A DNA stretch of 41,883 nt from a virus. Positions within the stretch are counted from its first letter, which is position 1; every line of letters begins with the position of its first letter. This document shows positions 32,419 to 39,890 of this stretch, piece after piece. The notes beneath the pieces were generated by a model. That model was not told where the DNA came from, made no database searches, and worked only from the letters and a program-made list of their open reading frames with translations. The DNA is taken from the IMG/VR virus record IMGVR_UViG_3300046492_000081; one strand, written 5' to 3'. The position numbers and the translations under genes are program-made.

Positions 32419-33345
32419 TTACTTGCGTCCACCACGGCCAAGGTTGATGGCGGCAGCCTCAGTGAGTTCCTTCGCCTCAACCTCATCCTTGGCAACGGCC
32501 TTGATGTACCGCTTCGCGAACGCCTTGTGACCCTTCACGCGGGCATCACGCGCCGGGATGATGTCCAGACCCAACGCGGCAGCCAGCCCGGGAAGGTCAC
32601 CAGCGTCCCCCGTGCCGTAGCACTGCACATCACCAATGCCGTACGAGAGACGAAGGGCGTTGGCCTGGTTGTCGCTCATGGTGGCAAGGATGGCGTTCAC
32701 AATGGCGTGCTTCTGCCGCCGCTCTTCGCTGGTGATGTCCTCAGCGGTGACCAGGTCATCCGGCACACCCAGGGAAGAGGCAAGCCCCTCAGCCAGGCTG
32801 TAAGACGCCTGGTAGTCCCCCTGAGACACGGAACCGGCAGACGGGCCATCCACGGTCACAGCCGGGGCGTCAAGGCTTGCAGCGCCCTGCCACGCCATCC
32901 GGGCTGCCTGTGCACGGTCCGCGCTGAGTCGACGTCCCTTCGGGGGCACGGTCTGAGCGAACTTCTCGGCAAGGTAGACATCCCCGTCAGCCTTCTCAAG
33001 CATGGACGCGAACACCTTCAAGGCGTCTTCGTCAGCGCCCTGGTTGCGGGCTTCCCGGACCTTGTCCTTGAGCGCGTTCTCAATGGTTGCCCACATGAAC
33101 GCGTAGAAGGCATCCACGGTGTCACCCTCGAAGCGGGGCAGGGCTTCGAACATGGCAAGCGCGCCGTCCTGCCGGAAGTCTTCCCGGAAGTCCTCAAAGC
33201 GCATCCCGTTCTGAGTCATGCGACGGGCGGCAGCGTCAGCCAGCTTCTCAATGCGGCCGGTCATGGCTTCGTTGACAGCCTCAAGCCCGGCAAAGCCGTT
33301 CGTCTGAGCGTCAGCGATCAGGGCAAGGGTCAGGGTCTCGGTCAT
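32419..33345 (-). CDS. ECF-like RNA polymerase sigma factor candidate (308 aa)
   Basis: Region-2-like DFRQDGALAMFEALPRFEGDTVDAFYAFMWATIENALKD. Region-4-like MSDNQANALRLSYGIG...LAAALGLD...ARDARVKGHKAF. ATG 33345 follows a GGAAGGAAA SD. Confidence 0.6.
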   Translation of the reverse strand: MTETLTLALIADAQTNGFAGLEAVNEAMTGRIEKLADAAARRMTQNGMRFEDFREDFRQDGALAMFEALPRFEGDTVDAFYAFMWATIENALKDKVREARNQGADEDALKVFASMLEKADGDVYLAEKFAQTVPPKGRRLSADRAQAARMAWQGAASLDAPAVTVDGPSAGSVSQGDYQASYSLAEGLASSLGVPDDLVTAEDITSEERRQKHAIVNAILATMSDNQANALRLSYGIGDVQCYGTGDAGDLPGLAAALGLDIIPARDARVKGHKAFAKRYIKAVAKDEVEAKELTEAAAINLGRGGRK

Positions 33346-33380
33346 GGCTGGTGTTTCCTTCCGGTTGCTCACTCGGGTTT

Positions 33381-33399
33381 GAGTGAGTGAGTCGAATGC
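33381..33399 (-). promoter_or_regulatory. Phage promoter-like motif, copy 7, upstream of the sigma gene
   Basis: GCATTCGACTCACTCACTC followed by the hairpin CTCACTC-N6-GAGTGAG. Confidence 0.55.
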
Positions 33400-33803
33400 T
33401 CGGAAGGGGCCTGACCGGGTACCGGATCTCATGTGACGTGGGGCACACCCTGTTTTAGGCATGGGGGTGCCGCAGTAGGTCACGTGGGAGACAGAGCGGG
33501 TTAGACCCCTTGAGCGGGGTTCCGCTTGTCCGAAGATCCGGCCGGGCGCTTCGGCTTTGCTGGTCCTGAGTACATACGTTTTTGCGTAGGTCCGCAACGC
33601 CGTTGCGCGCTGAACCAACTGCTAGACCTGGGGCCGGGCCGAACGGTTGCACGTCGATTCGAAGGCGTAACCAGGCTCATCCCTTGGATGTACCGGTTTG
33701 GCATATGCACGGGGTGCAAAGATCCTTCGTTACATAGGCAACGGTCCTTAGTTGCACCGTCAGGCAACCGACCTAAAGAATCTTGGAAACTTTGCCTCCG
33801 GTA

Positions 33804-33828
33804 CCACCTCCGAAAATCCGGAGGTGAC
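33804..33828. repeat. SD/anti-SD palindrome, copy n (perfect)
   Basis: CCACCTCCG AAAATC CGGAGGTGAC. Confidence 0.75.
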
Positions 33829-33877
33829 CGCCCGTGAACCAGCCAGCCACAGGCGGTCACCATGGGTGTGACCGGGG

Positions 33878-35782
33878 TTACACGTCAGCGCCGTACAGGC
33901 TGCCCCATGAGCGCTTCCCAATCTCAGCCTCAGCCGTAATGGGCACCCCGAACAGGTCGAAGGTCATGCACTCCTGAATGGTGGCGGCAATGTCCGTTGC
34001 TTCCGCCTTCGGGACACTTGCAAGCACTTCGTCATGAATCGGCAGGCGGAGGTACGGCAACATGCCGCGCTCTTCCAGCGTGATCAGACTCTGTCCCAGA
34101 CAGTCACGGGCAACGGACTGGCAGGCGTAGTTCACCACGGCGTACATGCGCTCACGGTCCAGCGGAAGGCGACGGCCCGTAACGCTCAGGTGGACCATGC
34201 CAGTCTCGTGAGCTTCGCGCTGCCAGCGGTTAGACATGCGCTTGATTTCAGGGAACACGCGGTCATACTCAGCGAACGTCCGGCGCATGTCTTCCGGGTC
34301 AGCTCCGGTCTGCCGGGCAACGCCCTTGTACCCACCCCCGTAGACCTTGCCGAAGCCAGCGCCCTTGAACATCTTGCGGTCAGCCTTCGTGGCACCAGGG
34401 CCCTTGACCAGACGCGCCGTGTACATGTGGATGTCAAACCCGTTCGGGTATTCATCCTTCGGGTACGCGTCCGCGTTCTGAAACCCGTGCTTCATCCGCT
34501 TCACGTCAGCCAGCGCGGCAAGGACACGCATCTCAACGGCACTGAAGTCAGTGGACACCATGACGTGTCCCTCTTCGGCCATCAGCGCACGCCGGATCAT
34601 GTAGTCACCAGACGGCAGCGTTTGAAGCGCCGGACGGGTCACGCTCATACGTCCCGTGCGCGCCTGCATGCTGTTGATGAACGGGTGAATCCGGCCGTCA
34701 GAGTCCATCGTTTCAAGGAAGGTGCCCGTGTAGGCAGAGCGCCACTTACCGGCACGCTTGCTCTTGATGATGGCTTCGGCAAGGGGGTTGGGCTTGCGCC
34801 GGTTCATGCGCTCACCAGACTGGAAGTCAAGGTCAGCGAAGCGGTGCAACACAGCCTTGTCTACCTTGAGCGCCCCGGTTGCCGTCAGCTCATCCGGCTG
34901 CCACTCCTCCCCCATGCCCGCAAGGGCTTCCCGGAGCTGTGCAGGAGCGTTCACGTTGGTCACCCCGTAGCGGAGCGCCTTAGCTTCGAACACGGCTGCC
35001 TCTTCGGCAAGTTGAGCGTCAAGCCCCTTCGTGTACGGCACGTCAAGGACCATGCCCGTTCGCTGCATGATGGCGCAGATACGGGCTATCTCGTGTTCGT
35101 ACTGAATCAGCCGGGGGCGCACTTCCAACATGTCAAGCTCACGGTCAAGACAGGAGTCAAGCCGGGCAGCAAAGATGGGGTCAAGTCCCGCGTACAGAAG
35201 GTAAGTCGGGTGCCACAGGTCGATACCCGCCCACCCGGTTGCCTTCGTGAGCTTGAGCGACCGGAAGACGGCCGTCAGGTCTCCCTGAGTGTCCGGGGCC
35301 TTCGGGTCCACGTACCACGCCATGAGGGGTTTGAGGGCAGTGCCCCGCCCACCTTCCTGGGGCTGCCGGGGGTCGACTAGACCGGCCTTGAGACGCGTGT
35401 CAATGGTCTTCGGTGCCATGGCCTCAATGGAGCCGTTGAAGCCGTCCCCGGACGCGTGCCGGTCAATCACAGCCCAGTCAAAGGGCGCGTTGTGAATCTG
35501 AAACTTCGTGATGAAGTCAAGGGCACGCCGGGCGTAGTGCTGGAAGTAGCCACCCAGTTCCCACAGGATCACCCACCCGGTATGCCGGTCACCAAACTGG
35601 ACCGTGCGAAGCCGGTAGGTGGGGCTGTAGATGTCAAGCCCCGTGGTCTCCGTGTCCAGCGCAATGGGGCCACGCTTGTTGGCCTCAACAACCCAGCGCT
35701 TGAACTCCTCAAGGTCATCAAGGTTCTCAGGCACCTTGACAGTCACCGGGTCACCGGCAATGGCGTAAGGGAACGTCTTCAT
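33878..35782 (-). CDS. Family A DNA polymerase with a 3'-5' exonuclease domain
   Basis: Exo motif DTETTGL. Pol motifs DFSAVEMRVLA, RKMFKGAGFGKVYGGG and PIHDEV. ATG 35782 follows a GGGAGGAGAG SD. Confidence 0.9.
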   Translation of the reverse strand: MKTFPYAIAGDPVTVKVPENLDDLEEFKRWVVEANKRGPIALDTETTGLDIYSPTYRLRTVQFGDRHTGWVILWELGGYFQHYARRALDFITKFQIHNAPFDWAVIDRHASGDGFNGSIEAMAPKTIDTRLKAGLVDPRQPQEGGRGTALKPLMAWYVDPKAPDTQGDLTAVFRSLKLTKATGWAGIDLWHPTYLLYAGLDPIFAARLDSCLDRELDMLEVRPRLIQYEHEIARICAIMQRTGMVLDVPYTKGLDAQLAEEAAVFEAKALRYGVTNVNAPAQLREALAGMGEEWQPDELTATGALKVDKAVLHRFADLDFQSGERMNRRKPNPLAEAIIKSKRAGKWRSAYTGTFLETMDSDGRIHPFINSMQARTGRMSVTRPALQTLPSGDYMIRRALMAEEGHVMVSTDFSAVEMRVLAALADVKRMKHGFQNADAYPKDEYPNGFDIHMYTARLVKGPGATKADRKMFKGAGFGKVYGGGYKGVARQTGADPEDMRRTFAEYDRVFPEIKRMSNRWQREAHETGMVHLSVTGRRLPLDRERMYAVVNYACQSVARDCLGQSLITLEERGMLPYLRLPIHDEVLASVPKAEATDIAATIQECMTFDLFGVPITAEAEIGKRSWGSLYGADV

Positions 35783-35805
35783 TGGGTCTCTCCTCCCACG
35801 CAAAA

Positions 35806-35836
35806 GGGCCACCTCCGAAAATCCGGAAGTGACCCC
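35806..35836. repeat. SD/anti-SD palindrome, copy o, between promoter copy 8 and the polymerase SD
   Basis: GGGCCACCTCCG AAAATC CGGAAGTGACCCC. Confidence 0.75.
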
Positions 35837-35854
35837 ATGCGGTATGCGGTTGTG

Positions 35855-38290
35855 TCAGTCCTGAGCGAAGATGCCCGGACCCGTCTTCGAAGTGGCGCTA
35901 GGGAGTCGAATGCCTACCAGGGCCATCCCCTTAGCCGTACGCGTGCGAGTGATGCCGCGCTCTTCCATGGCCCCGTAGAACGCGCGACGGGTCCAACGCT
36001 CCTTGGCAGGCAGGTTCTCAGCCTCACACCAGTCAAGGTAAGCGTTGAACGCTTCGCCACCATCCATGCGGGCAGAGTCATCCGCCACCAGGACACCCGG
36101 GAAGAAACCCGCCAGCGCGTCACTGGTCTCCTTGTACTCCTTCGTGGCAGCGCTGATGCTGGCAGGGTCTTGCAGCCCGTCACGGAACCACTCAACAGCC
36201 CCACGGACAGCCCACGCGGCAATACCCTTCGCTTCGGCTTCCAGCTTCTTGTCAAGGCTGTAGTCCCGCTCATGCGGAGCAAAGAACCGGGTAAAGGGAA
36301 TCATCTTGACGCGTCGCCAGAGACCTTCGTCCTGACCCCGGAACTTCGGCTTATGGTTCGTCGCCAGCATGAGCAGAAACGAAGGCTTGAATTCGAAGAA
36401 CTCTTGCCGAAGGAACCGGGCGGCAATCATGTCCTTGCCCGTGACACGCTTGAGCACAGCCTCAGACATGGGCTTGCCGGACTCACCCTCAGACGCCATC
36501 ACCAGGCGGCTACCGCGCAAGGCGGCAATGTCGTTAGGGATGCCGCCATTCGCCTTCTCTTCGAACGTGGCAAAGGGCGTGGTCTTGCTGATGGTCCGGA
36601 ACACACTGGACAGCGTGTCAGTCAGGACACTCTTGCCGTTCGCACCCTTCCCCCACAGCACACAGAAACACTGCTCATCCGTGTAGCCCGTGATGCCGTA
36701 GCCAATGATGCGCTGCATGTACGGCACAAGGTCAGGGTTGTCCGGGAAGACCTCAGTCATGAACTGTTCCCAGCGGGGGCAGGTGGCAGCCGGGTCATAC
36801 TCGATGTCAAGGCAGTACGTCAACATGTCAGCCTTGTCATGCGCCCGGAGCTTCCCAGTGCGAAGGTTCACGGTGCCGTTGCGGAAGCTCAGAAGGTGCG
36901 GCCGGTTGTCGAAGTCAGACGCCTCAACGTAGACCGTGGGGACCGAACGAAGCTCAGTCATCAGGTCATTGATGCGCGTGGTCATGGTGAACCCACGGGC
37001 TTCCTTGACCTTGCCAGCCAGCACCAGGGCAGCGCCCATGCGGTGAATCTCCTGACGCACCTTGACCTCAGAACGGGACCAGGTACGGCCGTTCCACACG
37101 TAGAAACCCAGACCAGGCGCGAACTTGATACGGCCATCGGACCAGGCAACCAGCGCGTGAGCGTTCATGGCGTCCGTGTCGCCGTAGCGCTCAAGGAGAC
37201 CAGCCAGGATGCGGGCAGCCTCATTGCCCTGGTCCCGGCTGACAATGTCCGCCCCGGTCGCTTCGCTCAACTCTTCGCTGACGGCTTCCCGTTGGGCCTC
37301 TTCCGGCTTCGCTACCGGCTTCGCAGACTTCACGGCCTTGTGCAGAGCCAGCGCAAACGCCATGGGGGCAGACTCGCGCCACTCAGTCAGGTCCGTCTTC
37401 GGCCCCAGCTTCGGAATGGGCAGCGCGTAGACCGGGATGCCGTACGCCTTGAGCCCTTCGGCAAGCGCCATGTTGAAGCCCTGCCCGGCAGAGTCCACAT
37501 CACCACACGCAATGACCTGTGAGCCCTTGAGACCAGCGGCAAGCTCAGCCAGAAGGTCAGGGTTGGACACCAGGGCAGCGCCCCGGACCATCACCACGTC
37601 ATACCCCACGGAAACCGCTGTAAGCCCGTCTCCGGGCCCCTCAGTGACCAGGGTGACCCCGTAGCCGCCCTGACCCCGGAACACGCCGTACGGGGACCAG
37701 CGGAAGCCTTCCGGGTTGCGCAGAGACAGCCAACGCCCCGGGCACTCCCCCGTGATGTCACGCCCCTGCAAGCCACGCGGCATACCGACGAAGTCACACA
37801 GCGGAACAGTCACCCGGGGGAACGCCTTGAAGGAGCGCGTCAGGTACGGGAAGGGGTCATTCACATCCGGCCCGTCATACCCGATACCCAGTTCATACGC
37901 CGTGTCAGCGTCCATGCCGAAGCGGTCAGCAAGGTAGTCCCGGGCACGCTCCTGCCACTCCCCCTCTTCGGGCAGCCGGTCACGCGCGTCATCAACGTAG
38001 CCAGCAAGGGCGGCAGTCTGAGCAACACCCACAATGGCGGGCTTCTCCTTCGGGACCGTAGCGCCCTCACCATCAGCGTTGAACAGGTCCGGCCACGTCA
38101 GGCCAGCCGCCTTGACCACGTCACCCGTGGGGCAGCCGACACGGCACGTGATGCGGACCTTGTTGTCATCCCCACGCCAGATACGTAGCGACGGGTCAGA
38201 GTCTCCGTGCGACGGGCACAGGGTGATGTACCCGCCGTCTTCGTGCTCACTCACACCTTCGAAGTGGTCCAGCAACTCAACGAACAGCAC
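35855..38290 (-). CDS. Bifunctional DNA primase/helicase (CHC2 Zn-finger, Toprim and SF3/D5-type NTPase)
   Basis: CPSHGDSDPS...CRVGC, Toprim acidic motifs, Walker A GKGANGKS. GTG start at 38290 follows an AGGAAGG SD. Confidence 0.85.
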   Translation of the reverse strand: MLFVELLDHFEGVSEHEDGGYITLCPSHGDSDPSLRIWRGDDNKVRITCRVGCPTGDVVKAAGLTWPDLFNADGEGATVPKEKPAIVGVAQTAALAGYVDDARDRLPEEGEWQERARDYLADRFGMDADTAYELGIGYDGPDVNDPFPYLTRSFKAFPRVTVPLCDFVGMPRGLQGRDITGECPGRWLSLRNPEGFRWSPYGVFRGQGGYGVTLVTEGPGDGLTAVSVGYDVVMVRGAALVSNPDLLAELAAGLKGSQVIACGDVDSAGQGFNMALAEGLKAYGIPVYALPIPKLGPKTDLTEWRESAPMAFALALHKAVKSAKPVAKPEEAQREAVSEELSEATGADIVSRDQGNEAARILAGLLERYGDTDAMNAHALVAWSDGRIKFAPGLGFYVWNGRTWSRSEVKVRQEIHRMGAALVLAGKVKEARGFTMTTRINDLMTELRSVPTVYVEASDFDNRPHLLSFRNGTVNLRTGKLRAHDKADMLTYCLDIEYDPAATCPRWEQFMTEVFPDNPDLVPYMQRIIGYGITGYTDEQCFCVLWGKGANGKSVLTDTLSSVFRTISKTTPFATFEEKANGGIPNDIAALRGSRLVMASEGESGKPMSEAVLKRVTGKDMIAARFLRQEFFEFKPSFLLMLATNHKPKFRGQDEGLWRRVKMIPFTRFFAPHERDYSLDKKLEAEAKGIAAWAVRGAVEWFRDGLQDPASISAATKEYKETSDALAGFFPGVLVADDSARMDGGEAFNAYLDWCEAENLPAKERWTRRAFYGAMEERGITRTRTAKGMALVGIRLPSATSKTGPGIFAQD
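35885..35914 (-). promoter_or_regulatory. Phage promoter-like motif, copy 8 (full 30-nt form), inside the 3' end of the primase gene
   Basis: GGCATTCGAC-N12-CTTCGAAG. Confidence 0.6.
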
Positions 38291-38309
38291 TGTTCAGCCT
38301 TCCTGTTGT

Positions 38310-38339
38310 CTTCGAAGGGATGTGAGTGAGTCGAATGCC
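38310..38339 (-). promoter_or_regulatory. Phage promoter-like motif, copy 9 (full 30-nt form), upstream of the primase gene
   Basis: GGCATTCGAC-N12-CTTCGAAG, then 9 nt to the SD. Confidence 0.6.
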
Positions 38340-38345
38340 TGCCCC

Positions 38346-38792
38346 TCAGAACGGGTAGCCGGAACCGGCTGCAAGCCCGGGGTCAGGGCCAAACGTCAGC
38401 GACCACTCAGCAAGGGTCTTCGCGCCCTTGCTCAGGTTGCATCGCTGGCACGCGGGCACAATGTTGGACTCAACGTCAGCCCCTCCCTTGCTCAGGGGCT
38501 CAACGTGGTCAAGGTGCGTGGCGTGGTCACCGCAGTAGGCACACGCGTACTTCCAGCGGGCAAGGATGGCTGTGCGGCTGTACGCCACATGTTCCACCCC
38601 GTAGGACTCTGCCCGGCGCTTGTGCGTGATCTCATGGCGCTTGTCAGGGCTCAGCCGGGCGTAATAGCCCTTGATGTGCTGACGCTGACGGTTGCGGCGG
38701 CATGAGGCACAGGCGCTAGACGGCTTCTTGGCCTTCCCAGCTAGGAAAGACTCAGCGGGCTTCCCCCGCCCGCATAGTCGACAGACTTTCAC
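38346..38792 (-). CDS. HNH endonuclease (148 aa)
   Basis: CAYCGDHATHLDHVEPLSKGG...NIVPACQRCNLSK; paralogous to 32155..32418. Confidence 0.85.
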   Translation of the reverse strand: MKVCRLCGRGKPAESFLAGKAKKPSSACASCRRNRQRQHIKGYYARLSPDKRHEITHKRRAESYGVEHVAYSRTAILARWKYACAYCGDHATHLDHVEPLSKGGADVESNIVPACQRCNLSKGAKTLAEWSLTFGPDPGLAAGSGYPF

Positions 38793-38908
38793 CAGACCCC
38801 CAATGCGAAGCCAAGGAACCAGCCCAGTGCAAACCCCAGGGGCTGAATGAGAATGCAGACGAACAGTTGAAGCGGACGGACACGAACCGGCTTACGCCTG
38901 TGGCTCAT
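38789..38908 (-). CDS. Possible 39-aa membrane peptide, below the ORF-track cutoff
   Basis: MSHRRKPVRVRPLQLFVCILIQPLGFALGWFLGFALGVW. The start lies inside the upstream gene's 3' end. GTGA overlap with the HNH start. Confidence 0.35.
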   Translation of the reverse strand: MSHRRKPVRVRPLQLFVCILIQPLGFALGWFLGFALGVW

Positions 38909-39074
38909 GAACCCACCTGACATCAGCGCCACGGGTCACAGCCACGAAGAGGGCATCCGCGTAACGGGCCCAATCCTTACGGGAGTTGACACCCGGGCGA
39001 AGCCAAATGGTCACCCCTTCGGACGCTGCCCGCACGTCCCCAATGGCAGGGGCAGAGTCAGGAGACAGGATCAC
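38892..39074 (-). CDS. Hypothetical 60-aa protein
   Basis: GTG start at 39074 uses the SD arm of palindrome p. GTGA overlap with the upstream stop codon. Confidence 0.55.
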   Translation of the reverse strand: MILSPDSAPAIGDVRAASEGVTIWLRPGVNSRKDWARYADALFVAVTRGADVRWVHEPQA

Positions 39075-39388
39075 TCGCCCACCTCCGGATTTTCGGAAGT
39101 GACCTCAACGAAGTTCGGAGTCACCAGGCGCACATGTTCCGTGGTAATCCACTGAGCGGCAGCCGTCTTGCGCTTCACAAAGCCGGACTCAATCCCAGTG
39201 GGCTGAACCTTGAGCACGGGCACCAACACAGCGCCTACGCCCTCAACTTGAGCCTGTTTGGCAGTGGCCTCAAGGACCACAGCGTCAGCCATCCTGACCC
39301 GGTTCCCCTGACGTGCCGAGTAGGCCACCAGGTCCCCGGGGTGTAGTTCGTTGCCCGCGTAATCCGTGACAACGCCACGCTTAGCCAT
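39071..39388 (-). CDS. Hypothetical 105-aa protein
   Basis: TAGGAGG SD. The C-terminal codons read through palindrome p. Confidence 0.6.
   Translation of the reverse strand: MAKRGVVTDYAGNELHPGDLVAYSARQGNRVRMADAVVLEATAKQAQVEGVGAVLVPVLKVQPTGIESGFVKRKTAAAQWITTEHVRLVTPNFVEVTSENPEVGE
39078..39104. repeat. SD/anti-SD palindrome, copy p (inside the coding 3' end; its SD arm is the RBS of the next gene)
   Basis: CCCACCTCCG GATTTT CGGAAGTGACC. Confidence 0.75.
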
Positions 39389-39453
39389 GTCAGTACCTCC
39401 TAACGCCTCAAGCCCCGCACCCAGTGCATGAGCACCAGGGGCGGGGCAAGGGG

Positions 39454-39708
39454 TCAGGCAGTGAACTCAGGCAGCGTCTCAGTCTGGGGCTCAGGCGTGC
39501 GCTCATCCTCGTACACGCTGATGAGCTTGACCGGTCCCGTGGTGTCCAGCTTCCGGGCCTCAACGTTCCGACCCTTGCCAGACGACTTCACGCCGGGCAG
39601 GTGGTCAACGGACTTCCGGGCAAGGTCGACGCCGGGCGCAATCACCACAGCGGACACGAACTCACCAGGCTGGACAGCGTCAGTGCGGGAAACTTCGTAG
39701 ATGGCCAT
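39454..39708 (-). CDS. Hypothetical 84-aa protein
   Basis: AGGAGAG SD. Confidence 0.6.
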   Translation of the reverse strand: MAIYEVSRTDAVQPGEFVSAVVIAPGVDLARKSVDHLPGVKSSGKGRNVEARKLDTTGPVKLISVYEDERTPEPQTETLPEFTA

Positions 39709-39720
39709 GCGTGTTCTCTC

Positions 39721-39888
39721 CTAGGAGTATTCGGGGTCGCCGGTAGGTTCGTCATCCATTTGGAAGCGTCTACGGCGTTCGTGAATTACAGCCTTCGCGG
39801 CTTCGGGCGGGAATGACCACAGGGGCTGACGAACAGTCTCGTCATCAGCCCCCGCCAGCACAGCCGCCCAATTGATGGGCTCAGTCAC
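39721..39888 (-). CDS. Possible 55-aa ORF, below the ORF-track cutoff
   Basis: GTG start at 39888, 2 nt after the upstream TAG. 56 codons. Weak SD. Confidence 0.35.
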   Translation of the reverse strand: MTEPINWAAVLAGADDETVRQPLWSFPPEAAKAVIHERRRRFQMDDEPTGDPEYS

Positions 39889-39890
39889 GA

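Larger units (their letters stand above)
33346..33877. other. About 530-bp non-coding, lower-GC region with GTTGC/GCAAC repeats (candidate origin or structured leader/ncRNA)
   Basis: The only ORFs here have poor GC3. Six GTTGC/GCAAC sites lie at 33594, 33602, 33646, 33738, 33751 and 33764, including the palindrome GCAACGCCGTTGC. Confidence 0.5.

Noticed and set aside
33501-33863. 120-aa minus-strand ORF (and the 103-aa plus-strand ORF) in the polymerase-sigma gap
   Set aside because: Many A/T-ending codons, unlike all credible genes here. It reads straight through palindrome copy n and has no SD. The region is treated as non-coding.
35456-37522. 688-aa plus-strand ORF, and similar long plus-strand ORFs at 1357..2394, 10685..11614, 32293..33390 and 34034..35380
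   Set aside because: These are antisense shadows of well-supported minus-strand genes (primase, polymerase, tape measure and others). High GC suppresses stop codons. The translations are Arg/Pro/Gly-rich with no recognisable motifs and no SD.
754-39104. Could the 16 palindromes be a CRISPR array or MITE-like mobile elements?
   Set aside because: They are dispersed singly across the genome, not in a repeat-spacer array. They lack flanking target-site duplications or terminal inverted repeats beyond the palindrome itself.
754-39104. Palindromes as simple rho-independent terminators
   Set aside because: The T/A-rich stretch is in the loop, not after the stem. Copies occur in both loop orientations, and three serve as ribosome-binding sites. 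A plain terminator role does not explain them.
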